Source: Diploschistes diacapsis
Lineage: Eukaryota
Reading direction: 5' to 3'
Assembly (NCBI GenBank): GCA_023645945.1
Contig: JALAIB010000100.1
Location: forward strand, 1 to 32,542
DNA: 32,542 bases
The notes beneath the pieces are model-generated. The model had not been told where the DNA came from and made no database searches. It saw only the letters and a program-made list of their open reading frames with translations. Positions 23,042-32,542 of the stretch are shown piece by piece (within the stretch, counting starts at the first letter, position 1; every line of letters begins with the position of its first letter). Position numbers and translations under genes: made by a program.

Positions 23042-24149
23042 TCAAACTTGCACATCAGCGCCTTTCGAGAAGATTGTCTCGCGGGCACCCTGTAGTAACT
23101 CATCTTTAGTGTCAAGGAAATGAATCTAGGATAGCAGTGAGCAAGGCCTCGGTCACCGTCACGCTTGATATGGCTTACTATGTCATCTCCATCGACACTT
23201 CCATAAAGCATTTGATCCGACAAACTTGTCGTCACTCCTCGCTTTACCCGTTCCACCCATACACCATCCCAATTCCAATGCCCAGAAGACTTCGCTCTTG
23301 AGGGGCTATTACTAACAGATCTTTCGTGTTCCTCCAGATTGTCTAGCTGCGACTTTGGCTGCCTAGTCTTCCGTCTGTGAGCACGCCAAGCATGCCATGC
23401 CCCTGGGTTGGCCGCAGCCTCTAGAGGCAGGTCGTCAAGCAGTCCCTCATCCTCGAAAACACGCTTTAGATAGTAGAGCACTTCGATTATGCTGGGTGCA
23501 ACATCATTGGGAGAGAATCCATCTTCCTTGGGAGGGGGAATGTGAAAAGACAATGCTTTTCGGCTATGACCTTTCGAAGAGGATACATGTGCACTATCAT
23601 CTAATCCAATTATTCCTTTTGGTGAAGAATTGACTTCCAAAGCTGCCGGCGAAGTAGGATTCGTACTGTACCACCTCGGAAATCCATGGCGGAGACTCAA
23701 TCCTCCAGGGAGTAATCTTTCGTGATCCGTAGCGCTGACCGTATCTGTCGAAGATGATCCAGCAGTATAAGTGTATGTTGTCAACGGTGTGACCAGTGGG
23801 TGGAAAACTTCACTTGTGAAAAGAACCAAGGGAGGAACGTCTGGATACTGCTGTGGAAGAGCCACCTGGAAACGAAGTACAGCTGGAGAGTATGGCCCTG
23901 ATGCTAAGTTTAAACGCTTTTGCTTGGTTGTAGGACCAATTATACCTTTGCGAACAAATATCACTCCACTCCAGAGTGAAAAGTTGCCTGGTGTCAGACT
24001 TAAGTAGACGCCTTCCGGACATGCATGTTTGAGCAACCCACTTGGGAATTCAGCATTACATTTAGACGGCTTTTTAATTGGACTTACTATTCAAGCAGGG
24101 CTTGATGCTGATTTTGCGAGCGCCATTGACGCTGTCTACCGAAGAACAT
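23042..24149 (-). CDS. Inactive E2/UBC-fold protein, FTS/AKTIP (crossbronx)-like, 4 exons (introns 24087-24041, 23945-23898, 23178-23126)
   Basis: LLEY|GLLKHACPEGVY, WSGVIFVRK|GPYSPAVLRFQV..P.QYPDVPPLVLF.SEVFHPLV and GGLSLRHGFPRW. No Cys at the catalytic position. Confidence 0.8.
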
Positions 24150-24333
24150 GATGCTGTGGACCAAGTGCTTTAACTAAGCAGGTCGTATAAGACAATTGAG
24201 CACTCCTCCGCGGATTTTAGCGAAGGAAAGTAAATAACGGAAACTCTTACATATAAAATATTGAAATAGTCTACCTACTACTAGAAAATACATCACAGGT
24301 TGAAAGTCAAACCCAATATTCCTTTACAAGAAA

Positions 24334-25816
24334 ATGTCTACCTTTGGCCATGTATTCCGTGTCACTACGTTTGTTTCCTCCCAACTGCCAAGTATTCATG
24401 CTGACGCCCGGTCTAGGGCTGGGGAATCCCACTGCCGATCTGTAACAGTCATCGTTGATAACTGTCCTCCAGGACTCCGCCTAAGTGAAGAGGACATTCA
24501 GCCGCAGCTTACGCGTCGAAGGCCAGGACAATCAGCTATTTCAACTCCTCGTAATGAATCAGATCAAGTTGAAATTCAGAGCGGAACGGAGTTCGGTATC
24601 ACTCTCGGCACGCCTATTGCAATGCGCATCCCGAACAACGATCAACGGCCGCATGACTACAAGGGAGGTGTCGACCTATTTCCTCGGCCCTCGCACGCCG
24701 ATTTCACCTACCTGGAGAAATATGGCGTCAAAGCGTCATCCGGCGGTGGTCGTTCCTCAGCTAGGGAGACGATCGCGAGAGTCGCCGCAGGAGCAATTGC
24801 AGAGAAAGTCTTACGCGAAAGTTATGGGATCGAGATAGTTGCTTTTGTAACTAGTGTCGGGAATGAATTTCTCTTCCCGCCAGCCCTGCCGGATCATCCC
24901 ACCGCTACCACGCAGCCCGGCTTTTTGAAACTAATCGATGGCATCACCCGACAACAGGTGGACGGGTTCCATCCTACCCGCTGCCCCAACGCGGATGTCA
25001 ATGCTCGCATGGTTCAATTGATTGAGCGGGTGAAGGACGCAAAGGATAGTATAGGCGGAGTGGTAACGTGCGTGGTCCGTAACCTGCCGGCGGGATTGGG
25101 CGAGCCATGCTTCGATAAGCTAGAGGCGGTGCTGGCGCATGCAATGATGAGCATTCCGGCGACGGTAATATTCCCCGAGCAAGAATTGCGCGGTAGCTGA
25201 AACGTTTGGCAGAAGGCGTTTAGTATCGGTAGCGGATTCGGCGGGTGTCAGGTGCCGGGGAGTCGCCATAATGATGCTTTTGTGAAGGCGACCAGCAACG
25301 AAGAGGGCAAGCCGCGGCTGATCACGAAGACGAATAACAGCGGTGGCGTGCAAGGTGGAATCAGCAACGGCGCGCACGTCTATTTCGATGTTGGTTTCAA
25401 GCCACCGGCGACCATTGGTTAGTCCATTCTTCTTCTCTTGGATAGGCGATCCTTGTCTCGGTGACCTTATTTCCTGCCGCTTGTCCAATCTTCATGTCAA
25501 GAGAAGCTGACCGAATGTTTTGTAGGTCAGGTACAAACAACAGCCGGCTATGATGGGGTTGATAACGAACTGGAAAACAAAGGCCGTCATGACCCGTGTG
25601 TGGTGCCCAGGTACGTATCCACTGTTCCTATACTGTGCCCATGTCGGCTGACACACTCGACTCAACATTACGGATCTACATGTTTACTTTCTTCAAAGGG
25701 CCATTCCTATAATCGAATCAATGTCCGCTCTGACAATACTCGATGCTTTATTACTCCAGCGCAGCAGAACAGCTATTGGGACCGATCTACTAAGATTCGC
25801 AGAGGCCAAAGGGTGA
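24334..25816 (+). CDS. ARO2: Chorismate synthase, 5 exons
   Basis: [108 protein letters not shown]. Stop TGA at 25814-25816. Confidence 0.95.
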
Positions 25817-26121
25817 CGGTAGCTCTTTAGATGAGCCAAATGCTAACATCAGAGCTGAAAATAGAAATACATGTAAATACGGTTCTTCTTTCCGTTTGGT
25901 ACTCTCTCCCCTTACCAATTTTAAGGTCGGGTTTCTAATCCCTCGAAAGCCAATACATGCGGTGCAAAAGCAAGGTAATTTCTGAGCAGGTACGCAAGAG
26001 AAGCATGATGCGAAAGGTATACATACTTTTTGTATTGCACAGACTCTTGCTTATGTTGTTGGCGAACAAACGAAGGTCGGGTTTAGTAAAGCGCTGGCAC
26101 CGATTCCCTGCCATGGCTGCT

Positions 26122-26415
26122 GATTCAGGAGCACCAGCTGCTCCGCACCCAGTCCATACAAATCTCGTAGGGCTGACAATAAATCTGCATACACGCTAAG
26201 TTAGGTCCCATACAAATCTGTATGTGCATTTTCCTTAAGCTTTTTCTCAAGTCATTTTTCTCCGTACACTTTAAAGCTCATTCTTAGAGCTTAACCTTTT
26301 TGCAACAGTGCATATGTAATGCATACTAATTACTATGGGAACTAGATATGAGCTAAACGGCTTGGCAGGCACACTATATGTGGACAGGGTCGGGAGCCGG
26401 TGGTGCTCCTGAATC
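26122..26415. repeat. 294-bp element bounded by 39-bp imperfect inverted repeats (degenerate MITE-like)
   Basis: Left arm GATTCAGGAGCACCAGCTGCTCCGCACCCAGTCCATACA versus reverse complement of the right arm GATTCAGGAGCACCACCGGCTCCCGACCCTGTCCACATA: 32/39 identical, first 15 perfect. No obvious target-site duplication. Confidence 0.65.
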
Positions 26416-26900
26416 CTCTCCAACAACATAGCAAACGCGAGTTTACTGTGTGGGCTGAATCTTCGAATATTCGTTATTTGGTCTCTGTTTTACGATACCA
26501 CCGTGACTGATTCCATATAGAGTCGCTACCCCAAATTGCCCTCGGCCTGTGAAAAGCCTCCTTAGCCGTCAAAGCATTGAGACAATTGAAAAGGGGCGCT
26601 TCGTAGTAGTTGATTTTTGGTGACCCTTTCCTCTGTGACAAGAACGAACTTCTGGTTATTGCTGAAATCAAACCCTTAGCCTCCCTGCAAGAGCCTAAAG
26701 AACCTGTATCAATGGTCCGATTCTCGTCCGCTTTCCGTCCGATTTATGCAGTGGAGTTGAAGGTCATGAGGTATAAGAATATCGAGAATACCTGCTTCTT
26801 TGAAATTTTGTCTTCAGAATTTGGAGTACTTCTTAGGAAAGGGTTGAGATTTACAAAGTGAACCTCTCAAAAGAGACTTTCGCTCAAATCAGCCTAGAAT

Positions 26901-27833
26901 ATGTCCAAATTCCTTGCCGTCTTCGGCGCTACTGGCAAACAAGGCGGTTCAATTGTCAACTATGTTCTGAATGACCCGGAGCTCTCCCAAAAATACAAGA
27001 TCCGTGCCATCACCCGTGATGTCAACTCGGAGAAGGCCAAGCAGCTCAAGGAAAAGGTCGAAGTCGTCCAGGGTGACACACTCAACCGTGCCTCTCTCGA
27101 GATAGCCTTGAACGGCGCACACGCCGTCTTCGCCATGTCAATGCCTTCCTTCGGCCCGGACGGCCTTGAGGCCGAGTATAACAGCGGCAAGACGATTGCC
27201 GACGTCGCCGTCGAGAAAGGTGCCGAGTACATCATTTTCAGCACTCTGCCGGCAGTTAAAGAGATCTCTGGCGGCAAGTACGCCAATGTCACCCCCTTCG
27301 ACGCCAAGGCAAAAGTTGAGCAGTACATTCGAGGCCTTCACATCAAAAGCGCGTTTTTCTCACCAGGATCATTCATGGAGAATTTCCAGCCCCAGAGCTT
27401 CATGGCTCCACAACAAGCACCCGATGGCACCTGGGTTATGGCCCGCCACGTCTCTCCTAAGTCTCAGTTACCTTTGATCGACGCTGTCGGGGACACAGGC
27501 AAATTCGTTGGTGCCATCCTCGCCGAGCCCGACAAGTACGAAAGCAAGACGTTCTGTGCCGCCACGGCATTATACAGCTTGGAGGAAATAGCCGCCACCA
27601 TGTCCGCGGCCACAGGCAAGACCGTCATCTACAAGCAGATTCCGCTTGATGACTTCACAAAGAGCCTGTCCTTCGCGGTTGACATCTTCGTTGAAGGGGC
27701 CAGCTTCTCAGATGAGTTCGGCTACTATGGCCCAGATTCTAAGAAGTTAATTACTTGGGCTGCTGAGAACGCCCGAGGCAGACTCTCTACTTTTGAAGAG
27801 TACTTGAAGGCTCATCCTCTTCAGCTCGCATGA
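26901..27833 (+). CDS. NmrA-like (HSCARG-type) atypical SDR, 310 aa, intronless
   Basis: VFGATGKQGGS, IRAITRD, IIFSTL, FDAKAKVEQYIR, GSFMENF and DTGKFVGAIL. Confidence 0.92.
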   Translation: MSKFLAVFGATGKQGGSIVNYVLNDPELSQKYKIRAITRDVNSEKAKQLKEKVEVVQGDTLNRASLEIALNGAHAVFAMSMPSFGPDGLEAEYNSGKTIADVAVEKGAEYIIFSTLPAVKEISGGKYANVTPFDAKAKVEQYIRGLHIKSAFFSPGSFMENFQPQSFMAPQQAPDGTWVMARHVSPKSQLPLIDAVGDTGKFVGAILAEPDKYESKTFCAATALYSLEEIAATMSAATGKTVIYKQIPLDDFTKSLSFAVDIFVEGASFSDEFGYYGPDSKKLITWAAENARGRLSTFEEYLKAHPLQLA

Positions 27834-28596
27834 ACGGACACTATGAAACCACGCAGGCAAGGAGACAAGGGGAAATGTTGCAATCGGTTTTGGTACTCCC
27901 AGATGGACCAGCGTAGGTATTGAGCAAAGCTAGGGAGATTGATTGTATTGAGATTGAAAGAGATAGTAATCGTGAAAACGTGGCATGTCAAGAGTCTCTC
28001 TCCCTTTAACCACCTTTTGCAAGTGGTTTGTTGTAGATAGGTCGCATCCGGCCAGTTGACAATATACGATGGTGGAGTCGATAGAATTAAGCTTCTGGAA
28101 GATTTCCAGCGCATCTGCGGCGGATATTCTAGCCGGTGTGGAAATCGCTTTCGTTATCCCCGTTCCTGACGTACGTTGGGTCTGTGCGCGAGTGAGAAAA
28201 CGGGCATATAAGAGACTGTAAGAATTTGCGGTGTTGAGATTAAGAGACATTAAACAAGGACAAAGAACAAGAAGGGAGGAAACATGAGAATGGACGAAAG
28301 CGGAAATAACAGAAAAATACAACTTAAAGGCTGATACAGAAAAAAAAGTCTCTGCAATACCTTCGCGGCAAGAGCTCGGAAGACGCTTCAGATCGATCCA
28401 AAAATAGATCAAGTATCTCAGATTAGTTTTACAGTTGATCCAAAGTGGTCCAAAAGGTATTCTACTTATCATTCGTATTGCCCGAGCACATAGCTTTTGG
28501 CTCTATCAAGCCGTTAGCACTCAGCCATTGTGGGTAAATCTGTAGGCAAACGGAATGATTTTAATTTTTCCGCCAAGCTGCTCCAATCTTCGTTTT

Positions 28597-30102
28597 ATGA
28601 TGAATCCAAGTCAGAACCGAATACCGATTCTACTCCGCCAATTTCCAATTCGATGTAGATATCATCTACAGAGAAGACATTTCAAGACAACAAGACACGC
28701 CAATACCTCTACCGCTACTTATGATCGCCTAAACCCATCGCCTGAAGACTATAGCCGGTCAATTTTCGCCGATAATTGCAATGTCGTTGTTCAAGCTGGA
28801 TCTGGAGGTCATGGCTGCGTTTCCTTCCTTCGAGAAAAGTTCATTCCCGAAGGTCCACCCAATGGAGGAGATGGAGGCACGGGAGGCAACATTTACATCC
28901 AAGCCGTAGCGGGGGAGACGAGTCTGCACAAGATTGCGCGTAGAGGCGTAGTACGAGCTGGTCGAGGTAAAAATGGCCAAGGGAAATCGAAAGGGGGACA
29001 ACGCGGCGAAGACATCCTTATACAGGTTCCAGTTGGCACGATAGTGAGGGAGATCTCCAGATTTGATCCCGTTGCGATAGAAGAGCAGGAAGCGGACTCG
29101 GAAGAGGAGGGTCGGAATACCATGGTCTGGCAAAAAAACAAATGGCTGTTAGCTCCCTCAGCTATGCCTTCCGAGTTCACAGACACGTCCTTCCCAGCAC
29201 TTCCCAGGCCACGTCGATCAACTACAGCTTCTATGCAACCTCGTGCGCCTATCAGCCTCGACCTTTCAAAATCGATGAACGAGCCCATCCTTCTCGCCGC
29301 AGGCGCTGTCGGCGGACTCGGAAATCCTCGTTTTGCCACCAAGTCCATCCCGCGGCCAAAGTTTGCAACCAAGGGAGATCGGGGCATGAGACTGGAGTTG
29401 GCGTTTGAGTTGAAGCTCCTAGCGGACTTGGGTTTCGTCGGCCTCCCAAACGCCGGCAAGAGTACACTGCTCCGTGCACTCAGTGGTAGCAGACCAAGGG
29501 TAGGCGATTGGGCCTTTACAACGCTGCAACCCAACATAGGGACAGTCATCCTCGACAACAACAAAGGCCGTCCCGTAATTGAATCATTCAACTCTGACGG
29601 TACTCGCCGAACCAACTTTACTATTGCAGATATTCCAGGGCTAGTCCCTGATGCTCATCTTGACCGAGGACTTGGTCTCGACTTTCTCCGGCATATCGAA
29701 CGCGCAAGAGTACTGGCATTCGTAGTTGACCTCAGCAAAGGGGACGCGGTTGAGACTCTCAACACTTTGAAATTCGAACTGCATGAATTTGAGAAGCTCA
29801 AGGAAATAGAGCTCAATGAATTTAGCGAGCAAAGACTGGTGAACTGGCGTGCAGGCGGCACACCCGTTCGCGATAGTGCTAATGATGCAAGCCCGCTAGA
29901 ACCTCTAAGCACGAATCCTATTTCTTCCAAGCCCTGGTTCGTTATTGCAAACAAAGCCGACATGGATGGTACCGAAAACAACTTCAGCAAGCTAAAGAAT
30001 TACGTTGACGAGGAATGGGGAGCGACTACCATTCCTGTGAGCGCAATTCGCGCGGAAGGCACAAATCGAATCCCCCAGCATACAGCATCTCTTCTCAACT
30101 GA
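28597..30102 (+). CDS. MTG2: Obg/CgtA family mitochondrial ribosome-associated GTPase
   Basis: Gly-rich Obg fold (GSGGHG..FLREKFIPEGPPNGGDGGTGG), G1 GLPNAGKST, AFTTL.P, DIPG and NKAD, with a presequence-like N-terminus. The start could be 28555, 28597 or 28600. Confidence 0.92.
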   Translation: MMNPSQNRIPILLRQFPIRCRYHLQRRHFKTTRHANTSTATYDRLNPSPEDYSRSIFADNCNVVVQAGSGGHGCVSFLREKFIPEGPPNGGDGGTGGNIYIQAVAGETSLHKIARRGVVRAGRGKNGQGKSKGGQRGEDILIQVPVGTIVREISRFDPVAIEEQEADSEEEGRNTMVWQKNKWLLAPSAMPSEFTDTSFPALPRPRRSTTASMQPRAPISLDLSKSMNEPILLAAGAVGGLGNPRFATKSIPRPKFATKGDRGMRLELAFELKLLADLGFVGLPNAGKSTLLRALSGSRPRVGDWAFTTLQPNIGTVILDNNKGRPVIESFNSDGTRRTNFTIADIPGLVPDAHLDRGLGLDFLRHIERARVLAFVVDLSKGDAVETLNTLKFELHEFEKLKEIELNEFSEQRLVNWRAGGTPVRDSANDASPLEPLSTNPISSKPWFVIANKADMDGTENNFSKLKNYVDEEWGATTIPVSAIRAEGTNRIPQHTASLLN

Positions 30103-30186
30103 GAGCCCCAGAAAACAATTCAATAAAACCATTCACACATCATAGCTGTAACACAACTATCAGCACGTCTTGTAAAGCTGGTACTC

Positions 30187-30438
30187 ATGAGTACAGAAGC
30201 GAATCCCAGTCTAACAGGTTTACTCATCCTCGTTCCAATCATCCTTACCATAGCCATAGCAATTGGAGTTGTCAAGTGTACAGATTTTCAGTTATCCAAA
30301 GCACTGGAGCTTCTTGGGAAACATCATCGACGCAGTCAGTGCAGCTCAGATAGCACGGAAGCGACTCCTGTCGATATTGAGCTTGGTAATAAGGAATGTT
30401 CAGCACCAGCCAAGGCAGACCATGCCATTCGCGACTAG
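30187..30438 (+). CDS. Possible small single-pass membrane protein (83 aa) or uORF
   Basis: ATG-initiated, with a clean ~20-aa hydrophobic stretch (LTGLLILVPIILTIAIAIGVV) and a polar tail containing DIELG. No recognised family. Confidence 0.4.
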   Translation: MSTEANPSLTGLLILVPIILTIAIAIGVVKCTDFQLSKALELLGKHHRRSQCSSDSTEATPVDIELGNKECSAPAKADHAIRD

Positions 30439-32534
30439 ACAGCGGCTTCTCTGCTCAGGGACAGAGGCTCTCGCCTTTGCCTATGAGCCCTGTTGTCACG
30501 GTTCGTAAGAAAAGATCTAGGCTTCGGAATGTGGACTCAATCCTCCCCCACACCACTCAGACGTCGACATGGACCTTAATGCCTCCACCTATATCTAGGC
30601 ACTCCTCAACCTCACTCACCCCTCGCCTGTCTACATCATCAGAGGGCTACCGGCGTACTGTTAGCGCAAGGCCCATTTCCATTTCCAGCCGCACAACAGA
30701 GGCTCGTCTAAATATAATGAGACAGTCGTCGCTTAAGCACAGAATGCTGAATCGGCTGGCCAGTGGACTGCTACCCTTGGAAAGCACTGCCGTGAACAGA
30801 CATCCAAGCTCCTTACCGAGCGATTTACCGACTGTTCTCCGACCGTCACGCCCCAAAGTTGCAAAGGCGGTCATGAACATACACCAAGCCGAGATAAGCA
30901 GTAATAACTCTGTTCTGTTTTCCGTTGACGTCGGATGCTGTGTTGACTCTGATGGAGATTGGCCATTACTTGCCGCGGTGTTGATAGACAACTCCCTTTA
31001 CTCTTCTCCTACATCTTTATTAGCTAGCTGCGAGACAACAATGTCAATAGCTTCTCGGTTGAATCTACCTCAAGACAGATTTTCACTTTACTGCAGCTGC
31101 CCGCGCCCATCGAGGCCTCTTCTTGCTTATGTCGGAAATCACCAACTTCGGGACTTGCAAGCTGTACTAGACTCGGTCGAAGTCGAGCCCACAAGGCCCC
31201 CAGCAAACTATCTCAGACGAGCCTCGGAGGCTGCAGCGGCGGGCTGGACACCGACTACTGAAACTCACGCAGATCTCCCTCCAGCTTCGCAATGTAGCGG
31301 GCACTTATTTGTACTTACTCCAAATCCTTTCGCTTTGGACCGACTCCCACCCATCAATAACTTCCAAGTCCATGTCATATGTTCGGGATCCATTCCGTGG
31401 TCTCTGCCCCAAAAGCATGAGAATAATGGTTGGTTTATCATCAACCGGTGCTTACCGACGCCAATGCTCCCCTCCAGATCCACAGGACAAGAGCTTGATT
31501 TGGATGTGCAGATCCAGTCGCTGATGGACAACGTAAGGAGTGGACGTATACCGGATCAGTTGCAGAACGTTTGCGTTTCCCTCCATCCAAGTCCGCAGAC
31601 CACAATCGAGAGGGTAATAGGCTTGACGCGTTTTCGCTCTCTTAGTGCTGGCGAATTCAAGACAATCATTGTCAAGGTCCGCCTAGCGGATGCCGCTACG
31701 GCGCCAGCACTACTATCTGGCTTTCCTCGAGGGTTACGTACGCCGTCAGGGAATGTGGACGTCGAGGGGGAGTTAGCTGCAGCTTTGAGCGAGAAGATAA
31801 TACAAGCGTTTGACGTCCAATTAAACTACGAGCATACTGCCTTGCCACCCGGGACAGCATGTACGATAGGCCGCGAGGTCCGTCTACGGCAAGCTGAAGA
31901 TGGCAGAAGCGTGTCAAATATCTCCGACGTTGCCAGCGTTCAACATGAATCCCAGATCGTCCAGGCACGCCTAGCTTTCCATATCGCCTTGAGCCAAAAT
32001 GCTCGGCAAGGCTTGAATTCGATGAAGGCACAATTTCCTGCGAAGGCTACGCACGGCCTCCTCTCCGACTACGTTCAAGCCATCACGCAGGAACTGAAGT
32101 ATCAAGCTCGAATACTCGAGCGCTTCGACTCGGTCCCCGCTCGGTCGGCAAGGAGTTCGATCTCGCCAGAGCAGAGGCCCTCGTCTCGCAGCCCATGTGG
32201 CAGCGTTTTGAGAAGGCCTGTGAACGCGCAGCGCTCGGTGGAAGCCGGCTTAAATCTGCAAGCCTTCCCGCATCCGCCCCTCCCTCTCCGTCTCAGACGG
32301 AATGGTGCTCGTGACAGCAGCGACGAAGCCCGGCGCATCTGGGCGGCTCTGCGCGTTCGGAAGGGCCACGTTGGGAATTCCGCGAACGACCAGGAGCTCC
32401 GACAGGCATGGTCTTCGGACACGCTGCGGCAGATCAAGCAAACGGCGGAAAACAACAGGCGAAGTATTGGCTCGGATACGCTCAAGAGCTTGCGCTACGA
32501 GACCTTGCAGGAGAATGTGGCTCCGTGGCTATAG
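30396..32534 (+). CDS. Uncharacterised fungal protein with a probable degenerate vWA-like domain, up to 712 aa (true start may be 30483 or later)
   Basis: Long uninterrupted ORF. Disordered S/R/P N-terminus, AAVLIDNSLYSS (vWA beta1/MIDAS-like), GHLFVLT, a beta-rich region after it, and a C-terminal DEARRIW...NRRSIGSDTLKS motif. Confidence 0.7.
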   Translation: MFSTSQGRPCHSRLDSGFSAQGQRLSPLPMSPVVTVRKKRSRLRNVDSILPHTTQTSTWTLMPPPISRHSSTSLTPRLSTSSEGYRRTVSARPISISSRTTEARLNIMRQSSLKHRMLNRLASGLLPLESTAVNRHPSSLPSDLPTVLRPSRPKVAKAVMNIHQAEISSNNSVLFSVDVGCCVDSDGDWPLLAAVLIDNSLYSSPTSLLASCETTMSIASRLNLPQDRFSLYCSCPRPSRPLLAYVGNHQLRDLQAVLDSVEVEPTRPPANYLRRASEAAAAGWTPTTETHADLPPASQCSGHLFVLTPNPFALDRLPPINNFQVHVICSGSIPWSLPQKHENNGWFIINRCLPTPMLPSRSTGQELDLDVQIQSLMDNVRSGRIPDQLQNVCVSLHPSPQTTIERVIGLTRFRSLSAGEFKTIIVKVRLADAATAPALLSGFPRGLRTPSGNVDVEGELAAALSEKIIQAFDVQLNYEHTALPPGTACTIGREVRLRQAEDGRSVSNISDVASVQHESQIVQARLAFHIALSQNARQGLNSMKAQFPAKATHGLLSDYVQAITQELKYQARILERFDSVPARSARSSISPEQRPSSRSPCGSVLRRPVNAQRSVEAGLNLQAFPHPPLPLRLRRNGARDSSDEARRIWAALRVRKGHVGNSANDQELRQAWSSDTLRQIKQTAENNRRSIGSDTLKSLRYETLQENVAPWL

Positions 32535-32542
32535 GCTGTTTG

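Noticed and set aside
25923..26084. 12-bp direct repeat AAGGTCGGGTTT (25923 and 26073)
   Set aside because: Only two copies with nothing element-like between them. It could be chance.
27930..28472. 180-aa minus-strand ORF between NmrA and MTG2
   Set aside because: No recognisable domain, AT-rich non-coding-like composition, and it overlaps the likely MTG2 promoter.

Overview
Eukaryotic DNA from a filamentous ascomycete fungus: short GT-AG introns (mostly 44-65 nt) with CTRAC-type branch sites, RIP-like AT-rich relics, and Pezizomycotina-type proteins (Eurotiomycetes/Chaetothyriales-like is a guess). The left ~9.6 kb looks accessory. It holds a RIP-degraded repeat block, a GPR1/FUN34/YaaH acetate-transporter-family gene, a PTH11-like membrane protein, minisatellites and a 165-bp TA-flanked MITE. 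It also holds a divergently transcribed pair: a ferric/cupric reductase (Met-rich N-terminus, 14-Cys insert) and a GPI-anchored His-brace BIM1/X325-like protein, sharing a promoter with Mac1/Cuf1-like GCTC motifs. That pair is the best candidate for an undescribed system, a putative copper-acquisition module. The right ~22 kb is gene-dense and mostly housekeeping: a conserved fungal unknown, a Gfo/Idh/MocA oxidoreductase, oligoribonuclease REX2, phosphoglucomutase, KES1/OSH4, MSS116, an FTS/AKTIP-like inactive E2, chorismate synthase, an NmrA-like protein, MTG2, a small single-TM ORF and a degenerate vWA-like protein. Intron boundaries were read by eye and no database search was run.
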